Shown in pieces: positions 18,976 through 28,801 of a stretch of DNA of 64,000 nucleotides. The notes beneath the pieces are model-generated. The model was not told the origin of the DNA and ran no database searches. It was given only the letters and a program-made list of their open reading frames with translations. The stretch is from the NCBI GenBank assembly GCA_036676395.1, contig JAKFCY010000002.1:128001-192000 (forward strand), in the 5' to 3' direction. The position numbers were made by a program, and so were the translations under genes. The first letter of the stretch is position 1. Every line of letters starts with the position of its first letter. Origin of the DNA: Bdellovibrio sp. GTDB taxonomy: Bacteria; Bdellovibrionota; Bdellovibrionia; Bdellovibrionales; Bdellovibrionaceae.

Positions 18976-19806
18976 TTATTTTTTTGGATCAAATGATATT
19001 TCGACTCGAAACATACCGAATTGTGTTTTGAACGGTAGCATGATCACTTTTTGGTATGTCGTCTGACGAATTTTAATTTTTTCGCCAGATAGAATTGTTG
19101 GCAGAGCCGACTCCAACTTAAAACCGCATTGTTCATTGAGTTTTGTTTTAGCGCTGCCATAAATAATATTTAATAATTCACCGGCAGCGTCTTCGATTTC
19201 TTCATTAATTTTATCAACGACTTCGCCAAACATTGCTTCATAGATTTTAAGAAATACAACCTCTGGGAATGCCAAAGTGATCGAGCCGTTAAATTGTTCA
19301 GTCGTTAAAGAAATGACTCCCGCAATTGAAATATCATCAGATCTGGATTTTTCGTCGATATGAATAAGCTGCGGCTTTTGCGCTTCGCATTTGGTGTTAG
19401 CCATTTGTTCGAGTGTTATCAATGTGGCTTCTAAAAATGGATTAATCATTTGCACATCAAGACCAGGTTTTTTTTGGCTTACTTTAGGCAGATAACTTTC
19501 TAGATCGGCACTTACATTTAAGGCGTCAGATATGCCTGCTAATTTGAATTGTTGGCCTAATTCTAAACTTAGATTATGACTTACAATTTGTTTTCCGGAT
19601 TTGCGCATATGTTGTGATACTGTTATCAGGGCACGGTATGTCGATTGTTTGCAATGAGTCGTCTTTTGAAAATTAAAGGCGTACAGTTCAATCGTCGTCA
19701 CGGCTAGCCAGTCTTTGGCATTAACTAATAATAGATCAGAAAATTCGCTATCCAGAGTTTCTGGAAGTTCGATAGTCATGACCGGACCATTTGTCAAAAT
19801 ATTCAT
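18976..19806 (-). CDS. cheX: CheX phosphatase with N-terminal STAS-like domain
   Basis: INPFLEAT, DAAGELLNIIYG (ExxN), LPTIL; STAS-like N-terminus. Confidence 0.75.
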   Translation of the reverse strand: MNILTNGPVMTIELPETLDSEFSDLLLVNAKDWLAVTTIELYAFNFQKTTHCKQSTYRALITVSQHMRKSGKQIVSHNLSLELGQQFKLAGISDALNVSADLESYLPKVSQKKPGLDVQMINPFLEATLITLEQMANTKCEAQKPQLIHIDEKSRSDDISIAGVISLTTEQFNGSITLAFPEVVFLKIYEAMFGEVVDKINEEIEDAAGELLNIIYGSAKTKLNEQCGFKLESALPTILSGEKIKIRQTTYQKVIMLPFKTQFGMFRVEISFDPKK

Positions 19807-20011
19807 TTTACATGCGCCTCGAAGGTTTCATAATTTTCAATAACACTTCGGTTACTATTTATTTATAGAATCAAAGATCTTTTCCTAAGTTGCTGAAAAC
19901 AGGGGTAAAATCTAAATTATTAAGAAATTGTGAACTTAAAATATTAAATGAATGTTAAAGAAGGACTGGGGCTGTTTAACTTTTACGAAGACCCGTCGAT
20001 CAAGTACATAT

Positions 20012-21619
20012 ATGTATGACAATGAAATAAAAATTGGGTTTCTGGAAGAAGGCGAACAAGTCATTGAAGAAATGGAGACATTGCTTCTTGATCTTGAACA
20101 CACTGCTGATAAAAAAGAAACATTCGACGGTATTTTTCGCGCAGTTCACAATGTAAAAGGCAGCGCTAAGGCTGTCGGCTTTGATCAACTGGGTGCTTAC
20201 TGCCATGATTTAGAAACTTATCTATTAGTTTATAAAAACGGTGAAAAACCATTAACAAAAGATGTGATTAACTATTTGTTGAATTCACGTGATGTTATTG
20301 CTGCGGCTTTTGCGACCTATAAAAAAGATTTAAACGCTGTTTTTGATTTTAATGTCGGTTCTGACAACGATGAATGCAGCGATGAAGAAAATTCGCACAT
20401 TGAAATGAATACGACAGGGCTCGTTGTTGCTAAAAAAGCTACGAATAGCAATGACACTTCAGTGCGTGTAAATTTGCAACGTGTTGATAAATTAATTAAT
20501 GCAGTTGGTGAACTGGTGGTGCTGGATTCAGTCTTACGCCAACAATGTCTGAGCTCGATGGATCAAGCTATTTTAAAAACTGTTGAACAGGCCGGAAAAA
20601 TTATCAGAGAAGTTCAGGATTTATCTATGAGCTTGCGCATGGTGCCTGTGAAACCACTTGTGCAAAAATTGCAACGCATCAGCCGTGATACTTCATCATC
20701 TGTAGAGAAAAGTGTCGATTTTCGCGTTGTTGGGGAAGATATCGAAATTGATAAAACTATTCTAGATAGTATCAGTGATCCATTGGTTCATATTATCAGA
20801 AATGCAATTGATCACGGTATCGAAGCGCCCGAAGAACGTGTCGTACAGGGAAAACCCGCAGCCGGCTTTTTAGAATTAAGTTTTTCGCAAGAAGGTGGAA
20901 AACTGGTTTTGCGTATTAAAGATGATGGTAAAGGTTTAGATCAACAGCGCATCATCGCCAAAGCCATTGAAAAAGATATTATCACTAGTGGTGATAATAT
21001 GAATGAATCACAAATTTTTGAACTTATTTTTGCGCCTGGATTTTCTACCAAAGCGGCTGTAACAGAAGTTTCAGGTCGTGGCGTTGGTATGGATGTGGTT
21101 CGTACCAGTGTTGAATCATTAGGCGGGCAAATTGAAATCACTTCAGAATTACACAAAGGCACAGAGTTTACGATTGCGTTACCGTTAACGGTAGCCATTA
21201 TCGAAGGTATGGTGGTTAAAACCACTCAAGATAATTTTATTATTCCATTTACGCAAGTTACTGAAACCGTAAAAATCACTGATGAAAATTTAACAAAGGG
21301 TTCTGAATCAGGAACTTTATTAAACCTGCGCGGTCGCTATTTGCCAGTTTATTCATTACGTGAACTATTAGGTGATAAAAAAACTGATAAAAAAAATGGT
21401 ATTGGCATTATCGCCAAATCGGCACGAGTTAATTTTGTTGTCTTAGTTGATGATGTGGTTGGCCAGCAACAGATTGTTGTGAAGCAGTTAGGTGCAGAGC
21501 TTTCAGGGTTTAAACGTTTTATCGGAAGTGGTGTCTTGGGCGATGGCAAACCAGCTTTAATTTTAGATTTAGCCCAATTAGCAGATGAAGAATTAAAAAG
21601 AGTAAAGGATGTCGGATGA
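20012..21619 (+). CDS. cheA: Chemotaxis histidine kinase CheA
   Basis: FRAVHNVKG Hpt, HIIRNAIDHG, DDGKG, GFST, GRGVGMDVV, C-terminal CheW domain. Confidence 0.95.
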   Translation: MYDNEIKIGFLEEGEQVIEEMETLLLDLEHTADKKETFDGIFRAVHNVKGSAKAVGFDQLGAYCHDLETYLLVYKNGEKPLTKDVINYLLNSRDVIAAAFATYKKDLNAVFDFNVGSDNDECSDEENSHIEMNTTGLVVAKKATNSNDTSVRVNLQRVDKLINAVGELVVLDSVLRQQCLSSMDQAILKTVEQAGKIIREVQDLSMSLRMVPVKPLVQKLQRISRDTSSSVEKSVDFRVVGEDIEIDKTILDSISDPLVHIIRNAIDHGIEAPEERVVQGKPAAGFLELSFSQEGGKLVLRIKDDGKGLDQQRIIAKAIEKDIITSGDNMNESQIFELIFAPGFSTKAAVTEVSGRGVGMDVVRTSVESLGGQIEITSELHKGTEFTIALPLTVAIIEGMVVKTTQDNFIIPFTQVTETVKITDENLTKGSESGTLLNLRGRYLPVYSLRELLGDKKTDKKNGIGIIAKSARVNFVVLVDDVVGQQQIVVKQLGAELSGFKRFIGSGVLGDGKPALILDLAQLADEELKRVKDVG

Positions 21620-22068
21620 AAATCACACAAAAGTTTTTAAGTTTTATAGTCGGAGCCGAAAGTTTTGCAGTCCCTTTGTTAAAGGTGCGCGAAGTAATCG
21701 GAATGCCAGAAGTTACTGCGATACCACAAGCCCCTGCACATGTGGTGGGAATCATTAATTTACGCGGGCAAATTATTACAATATTTGATCTGCGCTCGCG
21801 CTTGAATTCAAGCACGAAGGGTGAACAACCTACGGTCATTATTTGCGAAATGCCCTTTGGGCAAATGGGTATCATTGTTGATATGGTATCAAGCGTACTT
21901 TCAGCCGATTCAGAACAAATTTCTGAAGTTCCACCTGGATCGCGTGCGGCAAATCATGATTTTATCACTAGCATTTATTCAAATGAAGATGTGCTAATTT
22001 TAATGTTAGATGTTGAAAAAGTGATCGGCCGCGATATGAGAGTAGCTCAAGCAACGAGTGCCGCTTAA
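21616..22068 (+). CDS. cheW: Chemotaxis coupling protein CheW
   Basis: VREVI, GIINLRGQI, GIIVD. Confidence 0.93.
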   Translation: MKITQKFLSFIVGAESFAVPLLKVREVIGMPEVTAIPQAPAHVVGIINLRGQIITIFDLRSRLNSSTKGEQPTVIICEMPFGQMGIIVDMVSSVLSADSEQISEVPPGSRAANHDFITSIYSNEDVLILMLDVEKVIGRDMRVAQATSAA

Positions 22069-23771
22069 TGAAAAATAACATGTCAGCGATCATGTCTTTA
22101 GCCTCAGAGGTTTCAGAGGTTTCTGGCGTTCAGCTGGGTGAAAAGCAGCAAGACATGGTGATTCAGCGTTTACGCCGGCGCATGACGTTGTTAGGCTTAA
22201 AATCAGAAGCTGAATATATCGATTATTACCGAAAAAACCGCACCGAAGAATTTCGCGAGCTGATTTCGTTGTTTACAACGCATCATACGTATTTTTTTCG
22301 CGAATTTAAACATTTTGAAATTTTGCGGCAGCACACTTTGCCGCAGTTGATTCCCTTAGTGCGCAAACGTGCTGATAAAACGATTCATTTATGGTCGGCA
22401 GCCTGTAGTCGCGGCCACGAAGTTTATTCGTTAGCTATTTTTTTAGAACAGTGTTTAAAAGATTTAGCACCAGATCTGAATTTTCGCCTGCATGGAACAG
22501 ATATCGACGCCATTTCAGTCGAATTTGCCAAAAATGGAGTATTCACTAAAAAAGAAGTGGATACTATTCCGCTGGCCTACCAGACCGGAACTTTTATTCG
22601 TGGTCGTGGTGAATATGCTGATTTTACCCGTGTACATCAGCGTTTACATGAACGCTGTTCATTTGACGTCGCTAATTTAGTTGATGTTAAAACTTGGCCT
22701 AAGCAAAACTTTGATATTATTTTTTGTCGCAATGTTTTTATTTATTTTTCGGCCAGCGATATGGAAAAAACCGCCCGAAATTTTCAAAAAAGATTAAACG
22801 ATAGTGGATATTTATTTTTAGGACTGACTGAAACTCTGAACGGGTTAGATGTAAAATTAAAAAATGCAGGGCCATCGGTTTATATGCAAGCTAAAGAAAA
22901 AGCTTCGCCATTAGCGTTGGTGCCAAATCAACCAGTCATGCAAGCTCAGCCGACAGTGCAAATCAAACAGCAACCTTTAATACGCAGGGTTTTATGCGTG
23001 GATGATTCACCCACGATTTTAAGTTTACTAAAACAAACCTTTACCCGTGCCGATGGATTTGAAGTGGCCGATACAGCAAATAATGGTAAAGAAGCTTTAG
23101 ATAAAATTGCAAAAAATAAATATGACCTGATTACTTTAGATATTCATATGCCGATTATGAACGGTTTAGAGTTTTTAAAAAATAGCCAAAATCTAAATCG
23201 CCCGCCGGTGATAGTGATTAGTTCAGTCGATAGACAAGAGCAATCATTAGCTTTAGAAGCCCTGCGTTTAGGAGCGAAAGACTATGTTGAAAAACCAAGT
23301 CTTAAAACTTTTGATGCAAGTCGTGAAGAGATTTTATTTAAAGCGCGCACACTGGCAGTGGATAATAAAGTCAGCGATTTTAACAATTCATTAGATAAAA
23401 CTTTTGGTGGAAAAGAAATAGCAGCCAATGCCTATGGTCAAATTGCAGTTTTACATACTCCGCTAGATTTAGCTCGCGCTAAAAACTATCAAGCCAGCTG
23501 TACCACTCCGGCTCTTAAAAATACATTGCTGGAATTTCAGGGATTTATGCTGCCATTTGAAATAAAATCCTGTGACGCTGTTGTCATCTTAAGTGAGTTT
23601 CCAGTGCATGTCTTAGAGCAGGTTAAAAAATTAGGTAAAAAAGTTTATTTATTAGAAGATGCCTATCGGCAGTTAAAACCTCAATTGATCAAAGATTTTG
23701 AGTTGTATCCACTGGCCAGTCTTAGTTACGCCGTAAGCCGGTTTGTAAGAGAGCAAAATGATAAAAAGTAA
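22068..23771 (+). CDS. cheR: CheR methyltransferase fused to a receiver domain
   Basis: TYFFRE, WSAACSRGHEVYS, GTDID, IFCRNVFIYF, then VDDS...LDIHMP...KP receiver. Confidence 0.88.
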   Translation: MKNNMSAIMSLASEVSEVSGVQLGEKQQDMVIQRLRRRMTLLGLKSEAEYIDYYRKNRTEEFRELISLFTTHHTYFFREFKHFEILRQHTLPQLIPLVRKRADKTIHLWSAACSRGHEVYSLAIFLEQCLKDLAPDLNFRLHGTDIDAISVEFAKNGVFTKKEVDTIPLAYQTGTFIRGRGEYADFTRVHQRLHERCSFDVANLVDVKTWPKQNFDIIFCRNVFIYFSASDMEKTARNFQKRLNDSGYLFLGLTETLNGLDVKLKNAGPSVYMQAKEKASPLALVPNQPVMQAQPTVQIKQQPLIRRVLCVDDSPTILSLLKQTFTRADGFEVADTANNGKEALDKIAKNKYDLITLDIHMPIMNGLEFLKNSQNLNRPPVIVISSVDRQEQSLALEALRLGAKDYVEKPSLKTFDASREEILFKARTLAVDNKVSDFNNSLDKTFGGKEIAANAYGQIAVLHTPLDLARAKNYQASCTTPALKNTLLEFQGFMLPFEIKSCDAVVILSEFPVHVLEQVKKLGKKVYLLEDAYRQLKPQLIKDFELYPLASLSYAVSRFVREQNDKK

Positions 23772-24807
23772 AATCAGAACTTTGATTGTCGATGATTCTG
23801 TAACGATTCGAAAAGTGATTCGTCATTTATTAGAATCAGATGCGCGTTTTGAAGTTGTTGGTGAAGCTGCCACACCCAGTGAAGCACTTAAAGAAATCCG
23901 CTTGCGTAATATTGATTTAATCACGATGGATTTACATTTACCGCAAAAAACCGGTGCCGATCTTATTAAGGAATATATGGCGATTCGTCCGATTCCCACG
24001 GTAGTGATTAGTTCACTCAGACCCGAAGAATCACATTTAGTTTTAGAAAGTCTAGAAAATGGAGCTGTTGATTACATTCAAAAGCCCGATCAAAAAACAA
24101 TTCTAGCTAACCGGGTTGAAATATTAGATCGCTTATTTCAAGCTGCCCAAGCAAAGCTAGTGATTAATAATAAACACACAAAACAAGAATCGCTTTTGTC
24201 ACAGACTGGCAATGGACTTTTAGTTATCGGTGCCTCGACTGGTGGAACCGAAGCAATTAAAACTTTACTAGCCCAGTTGGGATCAAAAATTCCTCCAACG
24301 CTTATTGTGCAACATATCCCGCCCTTCTTCAGTGAAGCGTTTGCAACGCGCTTAAATAAACTTTTTCCTTTCGAGGTTAAAGAAGCCAAAAATGGGGATA
24401 AAGTTCAGGAAAACCGTGCGCTGATTGCTCCTGGTGGCATGCAGATGAAGCTGGCCAAAAAAGGCCAAGATTTTTTTGTCGTTATCGAAGATAGCCCTCC
24501 GGTGAATCGTCATAAACCTTCGGTAGATTTTTTATTTGATTCAGTTAAGCGTGAATATGCCGGCCCCAAAGTTGCGGTGTTACTTACGGGTATGGGTGCG
24601 GATGGTGCAGAAGGAATGTTGAAGCTCAGATCGGTAGGCACTTACACCATTGCGCAGGACGAACAAACTTGTGTTGTGTTCGGAATGCCGCGCGAAGCAA
24701 TTAAACGAAATGCTGCAATAAAGGTGTGTGGTCTGCATGAAATGGGAACCGCTATTCACAATGCTTTTACGAGTTTACTGAGTCCAAAAAAAGGCCAGGC
24801 AAGTTGA
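23758..24807 (+). CDS. cheB: Chemotaxis methylesterase CheB
   Basis: REC domain plus GASTGG, VQHIP, HKPSVD, LTGMGADGA. Confidence 0.95.
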   Translation: MIKSKIRTLIVDDSVTIRKVIRHLLESDARFEVVGEAATPSEALKEIRLRNIDLITMDLHLPQKTGADLIKEYMAIRPIPTVVISSLRPEESHLVLESLENGAVDYIQKPDQKTILANRVEILDRLFQAAQAKLVINNKHTKQESLLSQTGNGLLVIGASTGGTEAIKTLLAQLGSKIPPTLIVQHIPPFFSEAFATRLNKLFPFEVKEAKNGDKVQENRALIAPGGMQMKLAKKGQDFFVVIEDSPPVNRHKPSVDFLFDSVKREYAGPKVAVLLTGMGADGAEGMLKLRSVGTYTIAQDEQTCVVFGMPREAIKRNAAIKVCGLHEMGTAIHNAFTSLLSPKKGQAS

Positions 24808-24840
24808 CCAAATTTAGAAAGCTTCACATAATTAGTCTCA

Positions 24841-25548
24841 ATGAATAAAAAAAAGCTTTTAATATTAGACGACGATATCAGAATCTGTGAAGTTTTAGCG
24901 CAAGGGTTAAGTGGTGAATTCGAAATCACAACAACTCATGATGCTGACATCGCCTATCGTATTATTACAAAAAATTCGCCAGATATTATATTACTCGATA
25001 TTCATTTAGGTACTGGCTGTGGTATCAGTCTGTGTAAAAAACTTAGAGCTAACCAGCTTATTAAAAATATTCCAATTTTGATTATGACTGGGCATGGAAC
25101 CACAGATAAAATGTTACAATCATTTGACGTCGGTGCTGATGATTACATTGAAAAGCCAGTTGATCTGGTCGTTATTAAAGCCAGATTGAATGCGCGCTTA
25201 AGACGGGTGCAAGAGCTTTCACACACAGGGGTGTGTTTTGGTAATTTAAAACTATACTCTGAGCGTTTTGAAATTGAGCTGGATGGTCGCTGTGAACGTT
25301 TAAGCGAAATAGAATTTAACATGCTTAAAATTTTTCTATCGAATCCTAATAAAAAAATATCACGTATGGATATTTTAAAAACAATTTGGGATGATACGCG
25401 CGTAGAAGAGCGCACGGTTGACGTGCACATCAGTTCGTTGCGCCGTAAATTAAAAGACTTCAATCATCATATTAAAGCTTTGTACGGCAGTGGTTATATT
25501 CTGCGCCCCAGCGAAAAAAAAAGCCTATTTAAATCTTTTGAAGCGTAG
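24841..25548 (+). CDS. OmpR/PhoB-family response regulator
   Basis: REC plus RTVDVHISSLRRKL and YGSGY winged helix. Confidence 0.92.
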   Translation: MNKKKLLILDDDIRICEVLAQGLSGEFEITTTHDADIAYRIITKNSPDIILLDIHLGTGCGISLCKKLRANQLIKNIPILIMTGHGTTDKMLQSFDVGADDYIEKPVDLVVIKARLNARLRRVQELSHTGVCFGNLKLYSERFEIELDGRCERLSEIEFNMLKIFLSNPNKKISRMDILKTIWDDTRVEERTVDVHISSLRRKLKDFNHHIKALYGSGYILRPSEKKSLFKSFEA

Positions 25549-27399
25549 AGTAATTTCTGTGCCGTGATTAACTTTGGAATCTATGTGAACGGTTGCGCCA
25601 TAAACAGCTAAAAAATCGCGAACAATCAATAACCCATTACCAGTGCCTATTTCACCACTTGTTCCAACCTGGCTAACAATGGCATCTTCATCAAATAAGC
25701 GATCTAAAACTTGGTGTGGGATACCAATACCTTCATCTTTAATTTTAAGTTCGACGTCCGAATGATTTATTGCCACTGCGGTAATAATAATGGTTTTACC
25801 GTTGTGAGAAAATTTACAAGCATTGCTTATAAGATTTGAAAGTACCTGATGAGATAAGCTGGTTTTCTCGGCCAATACTAACAATTTTTCTTCAGGAAAG
25901 TTAATCTGCACAGTTAGATTTTTCTTTTTTATGTCGGACTGATACATTTCGACAACTTCGGTGATACATTTTTTAAGATCAACAGAGTTGATATTTAAAA
26001 AATGTTGGCCGCGCACTAGAAAATTATTTTTGGCATTTTCTATAATTTCTGCTTGTTCTTGAGTGGCATATAAAATGCGATCTATGTTTTTTTCAGCATT
26101 TTCAGATTTTGGATTTTCTTTTAAAATTTGCGCACTCGTTTTTACAAGTTGTGTGGTGTTAGATAAGTCGTGCGACAATGTGCGAAGTAAAGTTTTTACG
26201 ACTTTACCTTCTTCGCTTTGGGCCTGAGCAAAACCGACTTTTAAAGTTAACTTTTGTAATTTTTGAAAAATAACAATATTTAGAATCAGGCCTTCTAGCG
26301 TTCGACCTAATATCGCGTAATAACCAAAGAGCCAGAAACCTTGAATATGGCCAGCACGGTAAGCCGCCCAGATTAAGTTACAAACAATCGCTACACCCCA
26401 GGCAATAGCGACTGATTCAGCCCATAGACGTTTTTGGGCGATAAAATAAATTAACGTCGCACCGGTTAAAAGCATTGATAATGAGATTGCTGGTGATAGT
26501 GATTTCCAAACAAAAATTTTTGTTTCGGGAAAAAAACTTAAGAACACTAAAGCAACGATCACTGTTAAAAATACGGTATACACTTTATTCAGTACAGGAT
26601 GTCTTTTTGGTATTTCAAAGAAAACTCGCATAAAAAGTAAATCGAAAAAGACGGTCATAATCAAGACTGGAAAAAGTAAAGTCGTACCGGTAAATAGAAC
26701 AGTATCTGTGCGGTAAGCATCCCAAATACCTCTGTTAATTGTTATCGAAGCTAAAAGGTTAAGGTAGAAAAGGCCATAAATTAAAAAACTGGGTTCTTTT
26801 AATGAACTAAAAAAAATTAATGCCAAAAGTGCTACAACCAGATAAATGCCAGAGGATACTCCAATAAAATGCACTAAAAATACAGTCACTTTATTAAAAT
26901 AGGTTCTTTTCATGAAATAAAATTCATTATTGATGCCACTAGCTCCCGGAACTATCCGCAAATAATAAATACGGTTCTTGAATTGGCTTTTACTGACGGG
27001 AAAAGCATACTGCCGTGTAGGTGTGTGGCAGATTGCAGAATTTATTTCTACATCACACATTCCCCAATTTTCGACGCCCTTTTCGTGGCTAATATAACCT
27101 TGCATCGACAGTGCCGTTTCATTTGAACCAGTAAAAAGAACGGCATCTTGATTCCAAGAATCTAACTTTTCAGGAATTAAAATTTTTAACCAAATAGCGG
27201 TGGCTGTAGGCGGAATGGTTTTTTTGTTCGACGGCAAAAAATTTTGTTGAGTGATACTTTCAATGGTTTGGTCGCCCTTGATGTCTAAAAAGTATTGCAC
27301 ATTATCAATGCGAAAATAGCTGTCTGTAGAGATTTCTGCGAATAAAAAACTGCATACGGTAACAAGTAATGTCCAAAGCACCGGATAAAACCAACGCAT
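25525..27399 (-). CDS. 7TM-DISM-type sensor histidine kinase
   Basis: Periplasmic domain, about 7 TMs, LSHDLSN H-box, NLISNACKF, DEGIG, GTGNGL. Confidence 0.88.
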   Translation of the reverse strand: MRWFYPVLWTLLVTVCSFLFAEISTDSYFRIDNVQYFLDIKGDQTIESITQQNFLPSNKKTIPPTATAIWLKILIPEKLDSWNQDAVLFTGSNETALSMQGYISHEKGVENWGMCDVEINSAICHTPTRQYAFPVSKSQFKNRIYYLRIVPGASGINNEFYFMKRTYFNKVTVFLVHFIGVSSGIYLVVALLALIFFSSLKEPSFLIYGLFYLNLLASITINRGIWDAYRTDTVLFTGTTLLFPVLIMTVFFDLLFMRVFFEIPKRHPVLNKVYTVFLTVIVALVFLSFFPETKIFVWKSLSPAISLSMLLTGATLIYFIAQKRLWAESVAIAWGVAIVCNLIWAAYRAGHIQGFWLFGYYAILGRTLEGLILNIVIFQKLQKLTLKVGFAQAQSEEGKVVKTLLRTLSHDLSNTTQLVKTSAQILKENPKSENAEKNIDRILYATQEQAEIIENAKNNFLVRGQHFLNINSVDLKKCITEVVEMYQSDIKKKNLTVQINFPEEKLLVLAEKTSLSHQVLSNLISNACKFSHNGKTIIITAVAINHSDVELKIKDEGIGIPHQVLDRLFDEDAIVSQVGTSGEIGTGNGLLIVRDFLAVYGATVHIDSKVNHGTEITLRFKRFK

Positions 27400-28253
27400 T
27401 ACTTATCCTCGTTCTGGCTGTTGATCCCGAAAGATTGGCGCAGGATAGCCATGGAATCCATCGATTGTCGTATCTGTTTTTGGGTGATTTTTTTTTGTTG
27501 GTCGCTAAGAACCTGCATTAATTCACGCAAGCGGTAAGTTGTTTTGCTTAAAAGTTCACTGGCTTGTTGCGGTGATATTTTTTCATGTCGTAATAATTCT
27601 ATTAATAAATCCAAAGACTGCAAGGGCGTGTTTGTTAGATCACGTAAAGCTAAGGCAACTTCAGCAAAATCGCGAAGATTTTTTTCTTTAGCTTGCGATT
27701 CAATTAGTGTGGCATGTAATTTTAAAGTGCCTAACTTGTGGTGCAGTACTAAAAATGCAGCTAAGGCATAGCACATGGTGATCCAAGGCTCATATAGCCT
27801 TGGCACTTGCATGACTTCACGTGAAAGCACAAGCACTTGCAAAGGCGGAATGAATAAACATAAACCTAATGAAATGTAACCCACAAAATGCGGAAAAGGC
27901 GCAAGCATCGCAATAACAACGGCGGTGATTTTGTAAGTTTCGAAATAAGTGATCTGCAAATTTTTTTCTGCACTGATGTCAGCGGTTTCACTGCTTGGTA
28001 ATAAAGTGCAAATGATTATACACATCATCAGGATTGAAGAATATTTAACTGGCATGCGCGAATATTTATTTGAAATAAAAAATGTCAGCGCAGCGACAGC
28101 TAAGCTAAAATACCATAATGCCGTCACTGGTAAACCAGCATTAATACGAATAATCAGCGACAGCGGCAATATGCATAAGGCCACTATGGCGTAAGTACGC
28201 GTAGATCTTGAAGCTAATTGTTTATCATCAAGAGCAAATGGATTGTTTATCAT
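27399..28253 (-). CDS. Membrane protein with degenerate HisKA-like helix (no His, no HATPase)
   Basis: About 5 TMs, then ALALRDLTNTPLQSL; ends without N/G boxes. Confidence 0.55.
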   Translation of the reverse strand: MINNPFALDDKQLASRSTRTYAIVALCILPLSLIIRINAGLPVTALWYFSLAVAALTFFISNKYSRMPVKYSSILMMCIIICTLLPSSETADISAEKNLQITYFETYKITAVVIAMLAPFPHFVGYISLGLCLFIPPLQVLVLSREVMQVPRLYEPWITMCYALAAFLVLHHKLGTLKLHATLIESQAKEKNLRDFAEVALALRDLTNTPLQSLDLLIELLRHEKISPQQASELLSKTTYRLRELMQVLSDQQKKITQKQIRQSMDSMAILRQSFGINSQNEDK

Positions 28254-28615
28254 AAAGTGCCAATGATTTGTATTAAGTCTTGCGCTGGAACGGGTTTACG
28301 TAACACTTGGGCTTCATCAAAAATAAGAGCTTCGCGAGTCTCTTCTGAATCAGCAGTGTGCCCGGTCAGAAAATAAACTGGTTTATTATAACCTAAACTT
28401 CGCAGCCAGCGGTAAGCTTGAACGCCAGAAGGTTGATGGCTTCCAAGATTGATGTCTAAAAAAGCCATATCACTTTTAAGAATGTCGTCTTCTTTTGAAA
28501 ACATTTCATCAAAGCTTGAGGCCAAGATAACTTGACAGACACAGCTGGTTTCAGCAAAAACCTTCATAACTTCAAGAAGTTCTTGGCTATCATCCAAAAA
28601 GAATATGGTCTTCAT
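28250..28615 (-). CDS. Single-domain response regulator
   Basis: FFLDD, FLDINL, LTGH, LRKP. Confidence 0.85.
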   Translation of the reverse strand: MKTIFFLDDSQELLEVMKVFAETSCVCQVILASSFDEMFSKEDDILKSDMAFLDINLGSHQPSGVQAYRWLRSLGYNKPVYFLTGHTADSEETREALIFDEAQVLRKPVPAQDLIQIIGTL

Positions 28616-28801
28616 TGTGAGCCCCTTCGAAGCAGGTATTTAAGCAATGGAACAACGTGATTGCAAACTATTGCAATCCATCTTTGAATTTGGGTCTTTT
28701 TTTTTGGGCGTGATTTGAATAATTTTAACTAAATTTTAACAGGATTTTTACAGCTAATTCGTGACTTTGGCATTCTGCTTTAGATAAGCTCAGAATTAAT
28801 C

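Noticed and set aside
24835..24849. Fourth copy of the GTCTCA palindrome before the OmpR-type gene
   Set aside because: Only the left half-site is present.
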